Positions 49,560-58,018 of a stretch of 64,000 nucleotides of DNA are shown piece after piece; position 1 is the stretch's first letter, and every line of letters starts with the position of its first letter. The DNA comes from a virus. Its lineage: Duplodnaviria > Caudoviricetes. The stretch spans positions 1 to 64,000 of the IMG/VR virus record IMGVR_UViG_3300047561_000814; one strand, 5' to 3'. The translations under genes and the position numbers were made by a program. The notes under the pieces were generated by a model that saw nothing but the letters and a program-made list of their open reading frames with translations, was not told the DNA's origin and made no database searches.

Positions 49560-51221
49560 ATGAATTCATTTAAAAAAATTGCCCTAGGACTCGCTGCAGC
49601 CATGTCCTTTGGCGTATTATCTGCACTTCCGACACATGCTACGGTGATTGCACCAACCTTGACAATTGACTCTCCTACAGATTCAATTCTCGTAGGTGAG
49701 ACTGCAACAGCAGTAGTTTCGTTGTCATATATTTCAGAAACATCAGCAGACACAGCAACTGTGTTATCTGCTATATTTACACAGCCTTCTACGGCTAATA
49801 AGTCTGCAACACTTACACTGCTTGAAACAAATACAGCAACAGTAGTAATTGCAGGAGATAGTTTGACTGCAAATGTTAACTCAACAGTTAATACAACAGG
49901 ATATGTAACAGCAAAATTTACAGTTACTTTGGCAGCGCCAACAGTTGCTGGAACATATGAGGCAAGAATTATTACAACTCGCCCATCAACTGGTCCATCA
50001 GTTATATGGACAATAACAGTTGGTGCTGGAGATACAGTTCCTTCTGCTTCAACAACAACTTCAATTCTTAACAGAGGCGAAGTAATTACTGCAACAGTAG
50101 ATGATTCAGTATTTGCTCCAAAAGCAGCAGCAACAGATGCAGCAGCAGTCATTGTTATTGCACAAAAAAATGCAGCAAGCAGAACAACTTCAGAATCACT
50201 TCTTGCTACAGTAACTGGATCAGGATCAATTGGATATGGCACTAATGCTACAACAATGTCAGTTCTTGGTCGTTCACTTGTAATCCCATCAGGCAACTAC
50301 ATTGGTGTATTTGCTGACGGTACTGCAGGAGTTGGAACAATTACAATTACAACCCTTACAGGTACAGTGCTTGCAACAGAAAAAGTAACATTCTACGGAG
50401 ATATTGCAACAATTGAAGCAACTGCAGTTAAGTCTGTTATTGCAGTTGGTGCAAATACAACTACAGTCAAGGCAGTTGCAAAGGATGCTTCTGGCGTAAC
50501 AGTCGGAGCAGGAACTCTTTATGCATATTCATCAGATGTAACAACAGTATCTGATTCAGCAACAGCAACAACAATTGTTAACGGTGAAGCCGTATTTACA
50601 ATTACTGGTGTTAAGACTGGTGGAGCAGCAATTACAGTTAAGTCTGGAACAATTGCATCAGCACCAGTTTCTACTCGTGTAGAAGCAGCAGCAGCAACTG
50701 TAAAGATTTCATTTGATAAGGCTACATACCTTCCAGGTGAGGCAGCAACAGTTAAGGTTCAAGTTCTTGATGCAGTAGGTCTGCCAGTTTCTGGTAAGAC
50801 ACACTCAGCACTATTCGCAACAGGTGGAATCACTTCTACTTATGCATTTGGTTCAGGATCTGACGTACTTACAGCAACATCAGTTACAACTGATACTGAT
50901 ACAGCAAAGTCATACAAGGTATATATGCCTTTGACTGAAAACACTGTAAAACTTTCAGCAACTGGTGGTACATCCCTACCTCTAGCAGGACAGATTGCAG
51001 TAACCGCATCAGCAACAGTTTCAAATTCTTCTTCTAGCACAAACGCTACTCTTGCAGCATTAGTTGCACAGATTACCGCCATGCAGGGAATTTTTGATGG
51101 CCTAAAGGCAGAAGTTGCAACTTCAAAAGCAGAAAGAGTTGCTTTTGTAAAGCAATACAATATTCTTGCTAAAAAGTGGAACGCAAAGAATCCTAAGTCT
51201 AAGGTTGCACTAATTAAGTAA
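49560..51221 (+). CDS. Secreted Ala/Thr/Val-rich Ig-like cell-surface (S-layer-like) protein
   Basis: Signal peptide MNSFKKIALGLAAAMSFGVLSALPTHA, beta-sandwich-like body, basic C-terminal helix KQYNILAKKWNAKNPKSKVALIK, AAGGAG RBS. Confidence 0.7.
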   Translation: MNSFKKIALGLAAAMSFGVLSALPTHATVIAPTLTIDSPTDSILVGETATAVVSLSYISETSADTATVLSAIFTQPSTANKSATLTLLETNTATVVIAGDSLTANVNSTVNTTGYVTAKFTVTLAAPTVAGTYEARIITTRPSTGPSVIWTITVGAGDTVPSASTTTSILNRGEVITATVDDSVFAPKAAATDAAAVIVIAQKNAASRTTSESLLATVTGSGSIGYGTNATTMSVLGRSLVIPSGNYIGVFADGTAGVGTITITTLTGTVLATEKVTFYGDIATIEATAVKSVIAVGANTTTVKAVAKDASGVTVGAGTLYAYSSDVTTVSDSATATTIVNGEAVFTITGVKTGGAAITVKSGTIASAPVSTRVEAAAATVKISFDKATYLPGEAATVKVQVLDAVGLPVSGKTHSALFATGGITSTYAFGSGSDVLTATSVTTDTDTAKSYKVYMPLTENTVKLSATGGTSLPLAGQIAVTASATVSNSSSSTNATLAALVAQITAMQGIFDGLKAEVATSKAERVAFVKQYNILAKKWNAKNPKSKVALIK

Positions 51222-51236
51222 TATTACTTATAAATT

Positions 51237-51268
51237 AAAGGGTTAGCCAAGCGCTAGCCCTTTTTTTT
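51237..51268 (+). terminator. Intrinsic terminator
   Basis: AAAGGGTTAGC-caagc-GCTAGCCCTTT followed by a T-run. Confidence 0.85.
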
Positions 51269-51324
51269 ATTGGATAAAAATGGTATAATTGCTAATATAA
51301 CTACACATTGGAGATTATACATAA

Positions 51325-53994
51325 TTGACTAGCCTCAAGCGTAAAATATTATTGGCTTTGGGGATAGGGTTATGCTTAACAATTTTTGGTATTATGGCGC
51401 CTAATGAAGCCTATGCTACGGATAATCAAGAACAGGTAGTAGTTAGCCCTGCCCAACAGGCAGTCAATACAGCCCTTGCAACGGCTACTACAGAGGTTCA
51501 ACAGGCTATTTCAGCCACAGACACAGCCACCGCCACCGTTGCAGTAGCAGTAGTTCAAAATGTAGAGGCGCAGTCAGCGGTAGATACAATAACAGCCACG
51601 GTAGCAATAGCACAATCAAATATAACCTTAGTAGACACAGCCACTGCCACAATTAATGCTATAGATTTATCTCTTACGCCAATAGATCAAAGTTCTCAAA
51701 TAGTTCAAGATGCAAAAAATACAATTACAACAGCACAAACCTCCATAAATAATATTGATACATCAACTGCACAAGTACAAATATCTGAAGCCATTGCAGC
51801 AAAAACAACAGCAACAACGGCACAAACCACTGCACAAACCGAATTAACTCAAGCCAACATTGCAATTAACAACGCTCAAGATGCAGTAAATGCTTTGGTA
51901 GCCACAATTGGAACAACAACAAATGTTTTAGCAAATACAGATGATGCTGGTATTCGCATGAACCTTCCATTTAATTTACAAATGGGCGGAGTAACATATT
52001 CAAATATTTATGTTGGATCTAATGGAACAATTATGTTTGGAGTAAATCAAGGGACAAACTACTCTTCTACACCTACCGCTCCTTCTATTTCTGTAGCGGG
52101 ATACGACTGGACTACATGGAGTAATGGTTCTGGTATTACTTATTCAACAACAACAAATACGCTATCTATTGCATGGGACGTTAGAGTATTCCCGTTAACA
52201 ACGGCAGAAACACAGATGACTCAGATTCGTTTTAATGCAGACGTAAATCCTACAGATGGTGCTTGGGCAGCAGATATTAATGTTACTGGACCAATACCAA
52301 ACGGCACAAGGTTTAACGTAAGAGAAACTACTAATGGAACAGTAACTGCCACTCTTGATACAAATCCTGGCGCTGGATATAACGCAACAATTAGTCAAGG
52401 CGCTGCATTTACTCCCACTCCTGATCCAAATAATGCAACTGTTTTGGCGGCAATTGATACAGCAAATGCACAAATTGCTACATTAAACTCAGAAATTACT
52501 GCAGTTGTTGCTCAAAATACTACAAACACATCAGCAATAAATGCTATTAATACAACATCTTTAACCAATACCGTAAACTCAGCGATATCAACAAAAACAT
52601 CTCTTCAATCAACATTAAATACTAAATCAAGTCAACTAGTTACTGCAATTAATAATAATATTCCTACACCAGCCCCTATCATTACAATCCCAGCACCTGG
52701 TCCATTAATGTATGTTGAAGTAGACATGCCAACAGGGTATGAAGGAAACACATGGTTTTATCAAGTTACTACTCAAAATCCAACTGCTGCAAACCCATAT
52801 GCTGGTGGAACATACAATACAGATGGCGCTCCTGCATCAATTGAGTTAAGTGGTTTGACACAAGGCGCTACCTATACTATTAGAGTTGCTAACTGGTCTG
52901 GACCTGTAAGTGAATATACTGAGACTGTTATTTCTATACCCGCTACTCAAGGCGCAAATTTAAATGGTGGTGGAGCAATTCAACCGCCACCTGCTCCAGA
53001 GCCTCCTGTTGAGCAACCATCTGATCCAGCACCTATACCAGTGCCACCTGCAGAAGAACCTCCTATTGTAATTGAAGAACCCCCTATTATAATTGAAGAG
53101 CCACCCGTTGTAGTTGAAGAACCCCCTATTGTAATTGAAGAGCCACCTGTTGTAGAACCTGAACCTCCTGTTATTGAAGAATTACCACCATTAACTGTTG
53201 AAGAAATTATCTCAGTTGTAGAAGATCTGGTTGCTGACGGTAATTTAACAGCAGCAGATGCAGAAGCAGTGCTAGATGCTTTAATGTCTGATGGAGAAAT
53301 AACATCTTCAGAAATTAGTGCACTGACTGATAATTTAATATCAGATGGAACCTTAAGTGCAAATGAATCAGCACTAATTATAGATGCTTTAAATTCTGAC
53401 GGGGTAGTTACAAACTCAGAGGTCACATCATTAGTTGAAGCACTTGTATCTGAAGGCGGATTATCTACAAATGAAACAAAATTAATTGTAGATGCATTAT
53501 CTGCAGATGGAAATATCACTACGTCAGAAGTAAATAATCTATCTGATGCTTTAACTAAAGATGGTTCATTTACATTAGCAGAAAAAGATTTAGTTTCACA
53601 AGTATTGATTACAGCAGCAGATGGAGCACCAGTAACTGCTGCCAACATAGAATCGGCGGGACTTGAATATCAGGATCTTCCTCCTACAATACCAGTAGAG
53701 GTAAGAGAAGACGTTAATGGTAATCCTGTAGTTATTACTGCAGAGGTGGCATCAGCATTGCTTGTATTGGAAAGTCCAGCAGCATTATTAGATGCAGTTG
53801 CTACTTGTTTTAATCCAGATGAAGCAATTGAAGGTTTGACAGAAGAGCAAAAATGTGAATTGGGCAAAGCCTTACTTAGCATAGGTGCTGATATGTCTAT
53901 ACCAGAACGTGAAAAAGCAAAAGATATTGTAGTTGTAACAATCATTGCTGGTCAAATGATAGTTGGAACTGCATCAAGAAGAAGGAGAGCATAA
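51325..53994 (+). CDS. Large secreted/membrane-anchored surface protein (coiled coils, globular domain, FnIII-like domain, Pro-rich stalk, acidic repeats)
   Basis: N-terminal signal peptide, LSGLTQGATYTIRVAN FnIII motif, EEPP repeats, C-terminal hydrophobic stretch plus RRRA. Promoter TGGTATAAT at 51281-51289. Confidence 0.7.
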   Translation: MTSLKRKILLALGIGLCLTIFGIMAPNEAYATDNQEQVVVSPAQQAVNTALATATTEVQQAISATDTATATVAVAVVQNVEAQSAVDTITATVAIAQSNITLVDTATATINAIDLSLTPIDQSSQIVQDAKNTITTAQTSINNIDTSTAQVQISEAIAAKTTATTAQTTAQTELTQANIAINNAQDAVNALVATIGTTTNVLANTDDAGIRMNLPFNLQMGGVTYSNIYVGSNGTIMFGVNQGTNYSSTPTAPSISVAGYDWTTWSNGSGITYSTTTNTLSIAWDVRVFPLTTAETQMTQIRFNADVNPTDGAWAADINVTGPIPNGTRFNVRETTNGTVTATLDTNPGAGYNATISQGAAFTPTPDPNNATVLAAIDTANAQIATLNSEITAVVAQNTTNTSAINAINTTSLTNTVNSAISTKTSLQSTLNTKSSQLVTAINNNIPTPAPIITIPAPGPLMYVEVDMPTGYEGNTWFYQVTTQNPTAANPYAGGTYNTDGAPASIELSGLTQGATYTIRVANWSGPVSEYTETVISIPATQGANLNGGGAIQPPPAPEPPVEQPSDPAPIPVPPAEEPPIVIEEPPIIIEEPPVVVEEPPIVIEEPPVVEPEPPVIEELPPLTVEEIISVVEDLVADGNLTAADAEAVLDALMSDGEITSSEISALTDNLISDGTLSANESALIIDALNSDGVVTNSEVTSLVEALVSEGGLSTNETKLIVDALSADGNITTSEVNNLSDALTKDGSFTLAEKDLVSQVLITAADGAPVTAANIESAGLEYQDLPPTIPVEVREDVNGNPVVITAEVASALLVLESPAALLDAVATCFNPDEAIEGLTEEQKCELGKALLSIGADMSIPEREKAKDIVVVTIIAGQMIVGTASRRRRA
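53053..53190 (+). repeat. Tandem ~21-bp coding repeat (EEPPIVI), about 6 copies
   Basis: gaagaacctcctattgtaatt / gaagaaccccctattataatt / gaagagccacccgttgtagtt and further copies. Confidence 0.85.
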
Positions 53995-53995
53995 A

Positions 53996-54169
53996 ATGAA
54001 AAAGTTCAAAGAATGGGGTATGGCAGCCCTAAACGAAAACTTTACATTCCTTGGCTTCTTTGTAGCATGGGTGGTTTTAGAGGGTAGCGCAAAGACGGTG
54101 GTAGGGTACGTAACCCTGGCATCAATAGCCGTATGGTTTGCAACCATAGGAATTCGTAAAGAAGACTAA
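53996..54169 (+). CDS. Small two-TM membrane protein
   Basis: AGGAG RBS and two hydrophobic segments. Confidence 0.6.
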   Translation: MKKFKEWGMAALNENFTFLGFFVAWVVLEGSAKTVVGYVTLASIAVWFATIGIRKED

Positions 54170-54222
54170 TACTATTTAATAATACTATAAGTTATTATTT
54201 TAATGTATAGTATACTATTAGT

Positions 54223-54423
54223 ATGAAGAAATTAACATCAGCCATTGGTTGCTGTATACTTGTATTGATGCTATCAGGATGTGGCATTGAACTAGGTCAT
54301 TATCGTTACCCTTGTCAAAATCCTGATAACTGGAACGCTAAAGATTGCATACCTCCAATTTGTGAAGCAAAAGGTGTATGTACAAAAGATATTATTAAGG
54401 TAGAGGACACAAAAAATGCGTAA
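54223..54423 (+). CDS. Small Cys-rich lipoprotein
   Basis: Lipobox LSGC, then YRYPCQNPDNW...C...C...C. TATACT lies 6 nt before the ATG (leaderless). Confidence 0.7.
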   Translation: MKKLTSAIGCCILVLMLSGCGIELGHYRYPCQNPDNWNAKDCIPPICEAKGVCTKDIIKVEDTKNA

Positions 54424-54820
54424 TCGTAGAACACAGTCAGAGATGGACTCTTTATTAAAGTTTATTTTAGGATTAACCCTTGGAGCAATTTTATTTTTTA
54501 CATCAATGGGAATTCTGTATGGTTTGCTTTTTGTTGAGCAACCACTAAATGCCCAATCAGAAAACGATAAAATGTTTTTTAACGTTCTTGGTAGCGTAGC
54601 AACTTTTATTACAGGAACACTTGCTGGTCTTCTTATTGGATCATCTGGCGCTAAAGATATTATGTCTGCACAGATTGCAAATAAAGAAGTTGATGCCAAA
54701 AATACAATGGCAGATAAAAAATTAGAATCAGAGATTGACGCAACAGCAGCACGTCTAGCAGCAAAGCCAGACGGGGCAATGCCAGAAGAACAACCAGTTG
54801 ATACGGATTGGAATAAGTGA
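54416..54820 (+). CDS. Two-TM membrane protein (holin candidate)
   Basis: Two TM helices and a charged C-terminal tail, upstream of the endolysin. Confidence 0.55.
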   Translation: MRNRRTQSEMDSLLKFILGLTLGAILFFTSMGILYGLLFVEQPLNAQSENDKMFFNVLGSVATFITGTLAGLLIGSSGAKDIMSAQIANKEVDAKNTMADKKLESEIDATAARLAAKPDGAMPEEQPVDTDWNK

Positions 54821-55026
54821 TGTCAAAAGATTCTACAAAAAAGACTTTACTAAAAACATTAAGTTGGGAAACTTTTCACTTAGTGGGCGTCGCTGGTATT
54901 ATTTATTTATTTACTCGTGAATGGGAATACGCAAGTCTTGGAGCCCTAATCTATATTGGTTGGGAAGCATTAGGCTACTTTATTCATGAAAGAATTTGGG
55001 CAAAATTTGGGAATAAGGTAAGGTGA
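54820..55026 (+). CDS. DUF2061-like small membrane protein
   Basis: KTLLKTLSWE...YFIHERIWAK motif. Confidence 0.7.
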   Translation: MSKDSTKKTLLKTLSWETFHLVGVAGIIYLFTREWEYASLGALIYIGWEALGYFIHERIWAKFGNKVR

Positions 55027-55604
55027 TGGCGGAGCAAGGTACAGCAGCACGTTTAATTGAAGTTGCTACAGCAGAGATTGGGACTATTGAAGGTCCAAAA
55101 GATAATGAAACAAAGTACGGCGCTTACACAAAGGCTAACTTTCAACCATGGTGCGGATCATTTGTTAATTGGTGCGGTAACGAGGCTGGCGTAAAAATTC
55201 CTAACACTGTTTATACTCCAGCAGGGGTAACAGCATTTAAAAAAGCCAACTCATGGATTGATGGAGACATAGCAGATCCAGAATCAGGGGATATAGCCTA
55301 TTTTGATTTCCCCTCAGATGGCGTTGATAGGGTGAGTCACGTAGGCATTGTTGTTAAAGATAATGAAGACGGAACTGTTTGGTGTATTGAAGGAAATACT
55401 TCTTCAAAGAAGTCTGGAAGTCAACGAAATGGCGGAGAGGTTTGCAAACAGTTACGTGCTTATAAAAAAAACAAGGCTGGAGTTTTAATCTCAATAGTTG
55501 GGTTTGGTCGTCCAAAATTTGGAGCATCTACACCTACTACAACTGCTAAAAAATCTCAAAATAAAACAAAAACATGCTCAGCATGCGGTCAAAATATTAA
55601 ATAA
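55026..55604 (+). CDS. Endolysin, CHAP-domain peptidoglycan hydrolase
   Basis: PWCGSFVNW catalytic Cys, SHVGIV His, IEGNTS, GFGRP and a C-terminal CSAC. Confidence 0.88.
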   Translation: MAEQGTAARLIEVATAEIGTIEGPKDNETKYGAYTKANFQPWCGSFVNWCGNEAGVKIPNTVYTPAGVTAFKKANSWIDGDIADPESGDIAYFDFPSDGVDRVSHVGIVVKDNEDGTVWCIEGNTSSKKSGSQRNGGEVCKQLRAYKKNKAGVLISIVGFGRPKFGASTPTTTAKKSQNKTKTCSACGQNIK

Positions 55605-55610
55605 AGGTGT

Positions 55611-55639
55611 TTGACTAAGCAAAAATGCTTTGATATACT
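55611..55639 (+). promoter_or_regulatory. Sigma70-type promoter
   Basis: TTGACT, 17-nt spacer ending in TGA, then TATACT. Confidence 0.75.
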
Positions 55640-55666
55640 TAAGGTTATAGTCTGAGGGGGAATTGT

Positions 55667-56197
55667 ATGACCGTACTGGCTGTTGTGCGTGATCAACTAA
55701 CTAATAAAATTTATATGGCTGGTGATCGGGGGGCTTCAGATGATAATACTATCTTGGCTCTAACTTCTCCAAAAGTTTGGAAACTTGGTCCATACCTAAT
55801 TGGATATGCTGGAGCATTAGACGGTGAACGTATTCGTTATAATTTTAATCCATATGTTCCAGACATTAAAGACACAGACAAGTTTATGCAAACTAAGTTT
55901 ATTAAACAACTTAGAGATTTTTATAATAACTGGTGGGTAGATACTAGCAAAGAAGGTGACCTAGGTCTTATTATTTGTATTAAAGGACAAATATATGAAC
56001 ACAATGCTATTGATATGTCCTTGTCTAAATACAATTTGGATTATTTGGCTATGGGATCTGGTGCTGAGTACGCCTATGGATATTTAAATGCTACAGAAAA
56101 ATCTAAAGATGCTCGTAAAAGAGTTATTGGAGCAGTAAATTCAGCAATAAAATTTAGTCCAACCTGCTTGGGTCCAGTTGACGTAGTAAGCATTTAG
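55667..56197 (+). CDS. Ntn-hydrolase, HslV/proteasome-beta-like peptidase
   Basis: N-terminal Thr after Met (MTVLAVV), MAGDRGAS, KVWK, GYAG, AMGSGAEYAYG and AIKFSPTC motifs. Confidence 0.8.
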   Translation: MTVLAVVRDQLTNKIYMAGDRGASDDNTILALTSPKVWKLGPYLIGYAGALDGERIRYNFNPYVPDIKDTDKFMQTKFIKQLRDFYNNWWVDTSKEGDLGLIICIKGQIYEHNAIDMSLSKYNLDYLAMGSGAEYAYGYLNATEKSKDARKRVIGAVNSAIKFSPTCLGPVDVVSI

Positions 56198-56206
56198 CGC
56201 TATACT
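56178..56206 (+). promoter_or_regulatory. Sigma70-type promoter giving a leaderless mRNA
   Basis: TTGACG-17 nt-TATACT, with the ATG 6 nt downstream. Confidence 0.65.
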
Positions 56207-56212
56207 TAATAT

Positions 56213-56419
56213 ATGAATCATAAGTATAAAGAAGATTTATCTTTAGAAGACAAAAAGTTTGGCGTTTGGCTTGAAAAAGGAATTGAAAAAGGTTGGGTAA
56301 CACCGCCTTATTGCAATACCCATGATGGTGGATACGAATATATGGGTGAAGAAGAACAAGAAGAATGGGAAGCAGGTGGCGACCCATGTTGTCATGTCAT
56401 CAGATTGATGATATCTTAA
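56213..56419 (+). CDS. Hypothetical protein
   Basis: GIEKGWVTPPYCNTHDG...GGDPCCHVIR, with its own promoter. Confidence 0.65.
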   Translation: MNHKYKEDLSLEDKKFGVWLEKGIEKGWVTPPYCNTHDGGYEYMGEEEQEEWEAGGDPCCHVIRLMIS

Positions 56420-56435
56420 ATAGATTAGGAAGAAT

Positions 56436-57104
56436 ATGAAAACAAAAAATAAAGTTTTTACTGCAATTTTAAGCGTAGTTGCATCATCATTTTTATTTAT
56501 TGCCGTTCCAGAGGCAGCAACTGCTGCACCGTGTTCGGCATCCGATCCTTGTCAAACTTATGCAATGGTAGATAATACAAATAACGTTATAAATGTTATT
56601 GTTTGTCAGCCATCAGTTTGTGGTAGTGGAACTTTTGCTGGTTATCGTGTTGTTTTACAAATTGCTGCTAATCCACAAACAAATGATCCAACTGGAACAA
56701 GTGGTCAGATGACAAAACCAGAAGAAAATAGAGTTGTTACGTTGTCAGATAATAATACTTTTACTGTAAAACAGAATGAAGTTGTTATTCAGACTATTGC
56801 AGTTCCAGAAGTTCAAACTCAAAATACAAATAATACAACAACAACAACAACAACATCTATGCAGGCACAGTTTATTGATACAAGTACTGGATCTGTAAAA
56901 ATTGACGCAACTCAAACTACTGATTCTACTACAGTAACTTCTAATTCTACAGTAAATAGTACAAACACTATTAAAGAAACTGTTATTTTTCAAGAAAGAA
57001 AAACTGCAGCACAAGTATCTTCTGTGCTTGAACAACAAAAACTTACTTTATTCCAATCAAGAATGAATAAGTTATTAATACTTTTAAGCGGTTGGCTTAT
57101 TTAG
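56436..57104 (+). CDS. Secreted Thr-rich protein
   Basis: Signal peptide, Cys pairs, (ACA)7 poly-Thr at 56835-56855 and an amphipathic C-terminus. Confidence 0.6.
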   Translation: MKTKNKVFTAILSVVASSFLFIAVPEAATAAPCSASDPCQTYAMVDNTNNVINVIVCQPSVCGSGTFAGYRVVLQIAANPQTNDPTGTSGQMTKPEENRVVTLSDNNTFTVKQNEVVIQTIAVPEVQTQNTNNTTTTTTTSMQAQFIDTSTGSVKIDATQTTDSTTVTSNSTVNSTNTIKETVIFQERKTAAQVSSVLEQQKLTLFQSRMNKLLILLSGWLI

Positions 57105-57120
57105 TTTAATCCTTAATGTT

Positions 57121-57194
57121 GCGGATATTGCATAGTGGTAGTGCGTAACCTTGCCAAGGTTAATGTGCGGGTCCGATTCCCGCTATCCGCTCCA
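57121..57194 (+). tRNA. tRNA-Gly (GCC)
   Basis: Acceptor GCGGATA/TATCCGC, anticodon arm TAACC-TTGCCAA-GGTTA, T arm GCGGG-TCCGATT-CCCGC, encoded CCA. Confidence 0.92.
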
Positions 57195-57195
57195 A

Positions 57196-57267
57196 GGCCC
57201 TATCTTCTAGTGGTCAGGATACCAGGCTTTCATCTTGGTGAGCAGAGTTCAATTCTCTGTAGGGCTA
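57196..57267 (+). tRNA. tRNA-Glu (TTC)
   Basis: Acceptor GGCCCTA/TAGGGCT, anticodon arm CCAGG-CTTTCAT-CTTGG, T arm CAGAG-TTCAATT-CTCTG. Followed by CAA rather than CCA. Confidence 0.88.
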
Positions 57268-57275
57268 CAAAATTC

Positions 57276-57341
57276 TGATATAATAATATTGTATCTGCCA
57301 AATGGGGATACATTAACTTATTCGCTTGAAAGGGGAATAAA
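57276..57341 (+). promoter_or_regulatory. hsp20 promoter (TGATATAAT) and structured 5'UTR with SD-sequestering hairpin (ROSE-like)
   Basis: Two hairpins at 57290-57312 and 57318-57340. The second pairs TTATTCGCTT with AGGGGAATAA. Confidence 0.6.
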
Positions 57342-57758
57342 ATGGTAACACAGTTTGCAATGGATCTATTCAATGATCCTTTTTTTATTGGCTTTAATAG
57401 AGAGTTAGGCCGTTTAAATACAGCACATAAAGTAAATTCACAGTCATATCCTCCATATGATCTTCTTAAATTAGATGAAGACACCTATATACTATCTCTT
57501 GCTATTGCAGGATTTACAAAAGAATATATTGACGTATCGGTAGACAATGGAACCCTTGTAATTAAAGGAGAAATTGTAGAAGTTACAGATGCTGAAGTTG
57601 TTCACAAGGGAATCGCTGGTCGTAAGTTTGTACGATCTTTTGCTCTTGGCGAATACATGGAAGTATCTAGTGCTGAACTAAAAGATGGACTGCTAACAAT
57701 TAATATTGTTCGTGTTATTCCTGAAGATAAAAAACCTAAAGTAATTAAAATAAAATAA
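57342..57758 (+). CDS. Small heat shock protein Hsp20/IbpA
   Basis: SYPPYDL, LAIAGF, HKGIAGRKFVRSFAL and AELKDGLLTI...PEDKKPKVIKI. Confidence 0.95.
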   Translation: MVTQFAMDLFNDPFFIGFNRELGRLNTAHKVNSQSYPPYDLLKLDEDTYILSLAIAGFTKEYIDVSVDNGTLVIKGEIVEVTDAEVVHKGIAGRKFVRSFALGEYMEVSSAELKDGLLTINIVRVIPEDKKPKVIKIK

Positions 57759-57769
57759 AAATAACAACC

Positions 57770-57798
57770 TGGGCATGTTGCAAAACTGCCTATTTTTT
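57770..57798 (+). terminator. Terminator after hsp20
   Basis: GGGCAtGTT-gcaa-AACTGCCT followed by ATTTTTT. Confidence 0.65.
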
Positions 57799-57829
57799 GA
57801 TATACTTAGATATAACCATAGGAGATTTA

Positions 57830-58003
57830 ATGCCAAGAGATGACTACAGATGTTCTATTTGTTCTTCACAAATTGAATTTGAAAGATCAATTGGTGATGA
57901 CAAATATCCAATATGCTGTAATGAATCTATGCAAAAAGTATGGAGTTCACCTGCTGCAATTTTTCGGGGTAATGGATTTTACTCAACTGACAACAGAAAG
58001 TAG
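57830..58003 (+). CDS. FmdB-family zinc-ribbon protein
   Basis: MPRDDYRCSIC...CC...MQKVWS...FRGNGFYSTD. AGGAG RBS and TGATATACT promoter at 57798-57806. Confidence 0.8.
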   Translation: MPRDDYRCSICSSQIEFERSIGDDKYPICCNESMQKVWSSPAAIFRGNGFYSTDNRK

Positions 58004-58018
58004 ATGTATAATATGAGT

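Noticed and set aside
2140-53648. Long minus-strand ORFs (2140..2859, 11371..12123, 22868..23425, 49529..50296, 52980..53648 and others)
   Set aside because: They are antisense shadows of Ala/Thr/Val-rich plus-strand genes, with no RBS, promoter or recognisable motifs. All coherent genes are on the + strand.
56835-56855. (ACA)7 microsatellite as a phase-variation switch
   Set aside because: A triplet unit preserves the frame and only encodes a poly-Thr linker.
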